In this document: piece by piece, positions 63,580 through 64,000 of the stretch
Layout of the letters: each line of letters starts with the position of its first letter
How positions within the stretch are numbered: the stretch's first letter is position 1
Source: Macrostomum lignano
Lineage: Eukaryota
Direction: 5' to 3'
DNA length: 64,000 bases
Assembly: GCA_002269645.1 (NCBI GenBank)
Contig: NIVC01000202.1
Location: 186,001 to 250,000, forward strand
The notes under the pieces: model-generated
Told to the model about the DNA's origin: nothing
Seen by the model: only the letters and a program-made list of their open reading frames with translations
The model's database searches: none
Made by a program: the position numbers and the translations under genes

Positions 63580-64000
63580 CAGTTGCACAGGGAGCTGAAG
63601 GATCAGGGAGGGGGTTGCACAGGGGAGCTGAAGGATCAGGGGAGCGGGTTGCACAGGGGAGCCGATCAGGGGGCGGGTTGCACAGGGGAGCTGAAGGATC
63701 AGGGGAGCGGGTTGCACAGGGGAGCCGAAGGATCAGGGGAGCGGGTTGCACAGGGGAGCTGGTTGCACAGGGGAGCTGAAGGATCAGGGGAGCGGGTTGC
63801 ACAGGGAAGCTGAAGGATCAGGGGAGCGGGTTGCACAGGGAAGCTGAAGGATCAGGGGAGCGGGTTGCACAGAGGAGCTGAAGGATCAGGGGAGCGGGTT
63901 GCACAGAGGAGCTGAAGGATCAGGGGAGCGGGTTGCACAGAGGAGCTGAAGGATCAGGGGAGCGGGTTGCACAGAGGAGCTAAAGGATCAGGGGAGCGGG
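63580..64000. repeat. 34-bp minisatellite (GTTGCACAGGGGAGCTGAAGGATCAGGGGAGCGG), runs off the window end
   Basis: Tandem copies. Confidence 0.95.

Overview
Eukaryotic (metazoan) genomic DNA. The GT-AG intron structure and minisatellite-stuffed introns resemble a free-living flatworm such as Macrostomum; this is an inference and was not checked. More than half of the window is tandem repeat, and most ORFs in the supplied track are translations of those repeats. Four protein-coding loci can be reconstructed: (1) an intronless IER/SERTA-like gene (+, 10881-11384); (2) a 3-exon Ptf1a bHLH gene (+, 23770-38779) with both RBPJ-binding motifs; (3) a 10-exon CLCA-like gene (-, 53961-41969; metalloprotease, vWA, beta-rich/FnIII and TM regions) with an Asp-to-Asn change at a zinc ligand, a missing self-cleavage loop and an apparent 1-nt frameshift in the last exon; (4) the 3' exons of a Gab/DOS/FRS2-type docking adaptor (-, about 63473-59170). 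Mobile elements are a complete non-autonomous Helitron inside a minisatellite, two tRNA-derived SINEs and a mariner remnant. Other notable structure: intronic minisatellites built from splice-site-like units, a roughly 1.7-kb higher-order repeat in the first 9.6 kb, and a tandem duplication of the Ptf1a 3' end. No CRISPR array, rRNA or intact tRNA was seen.
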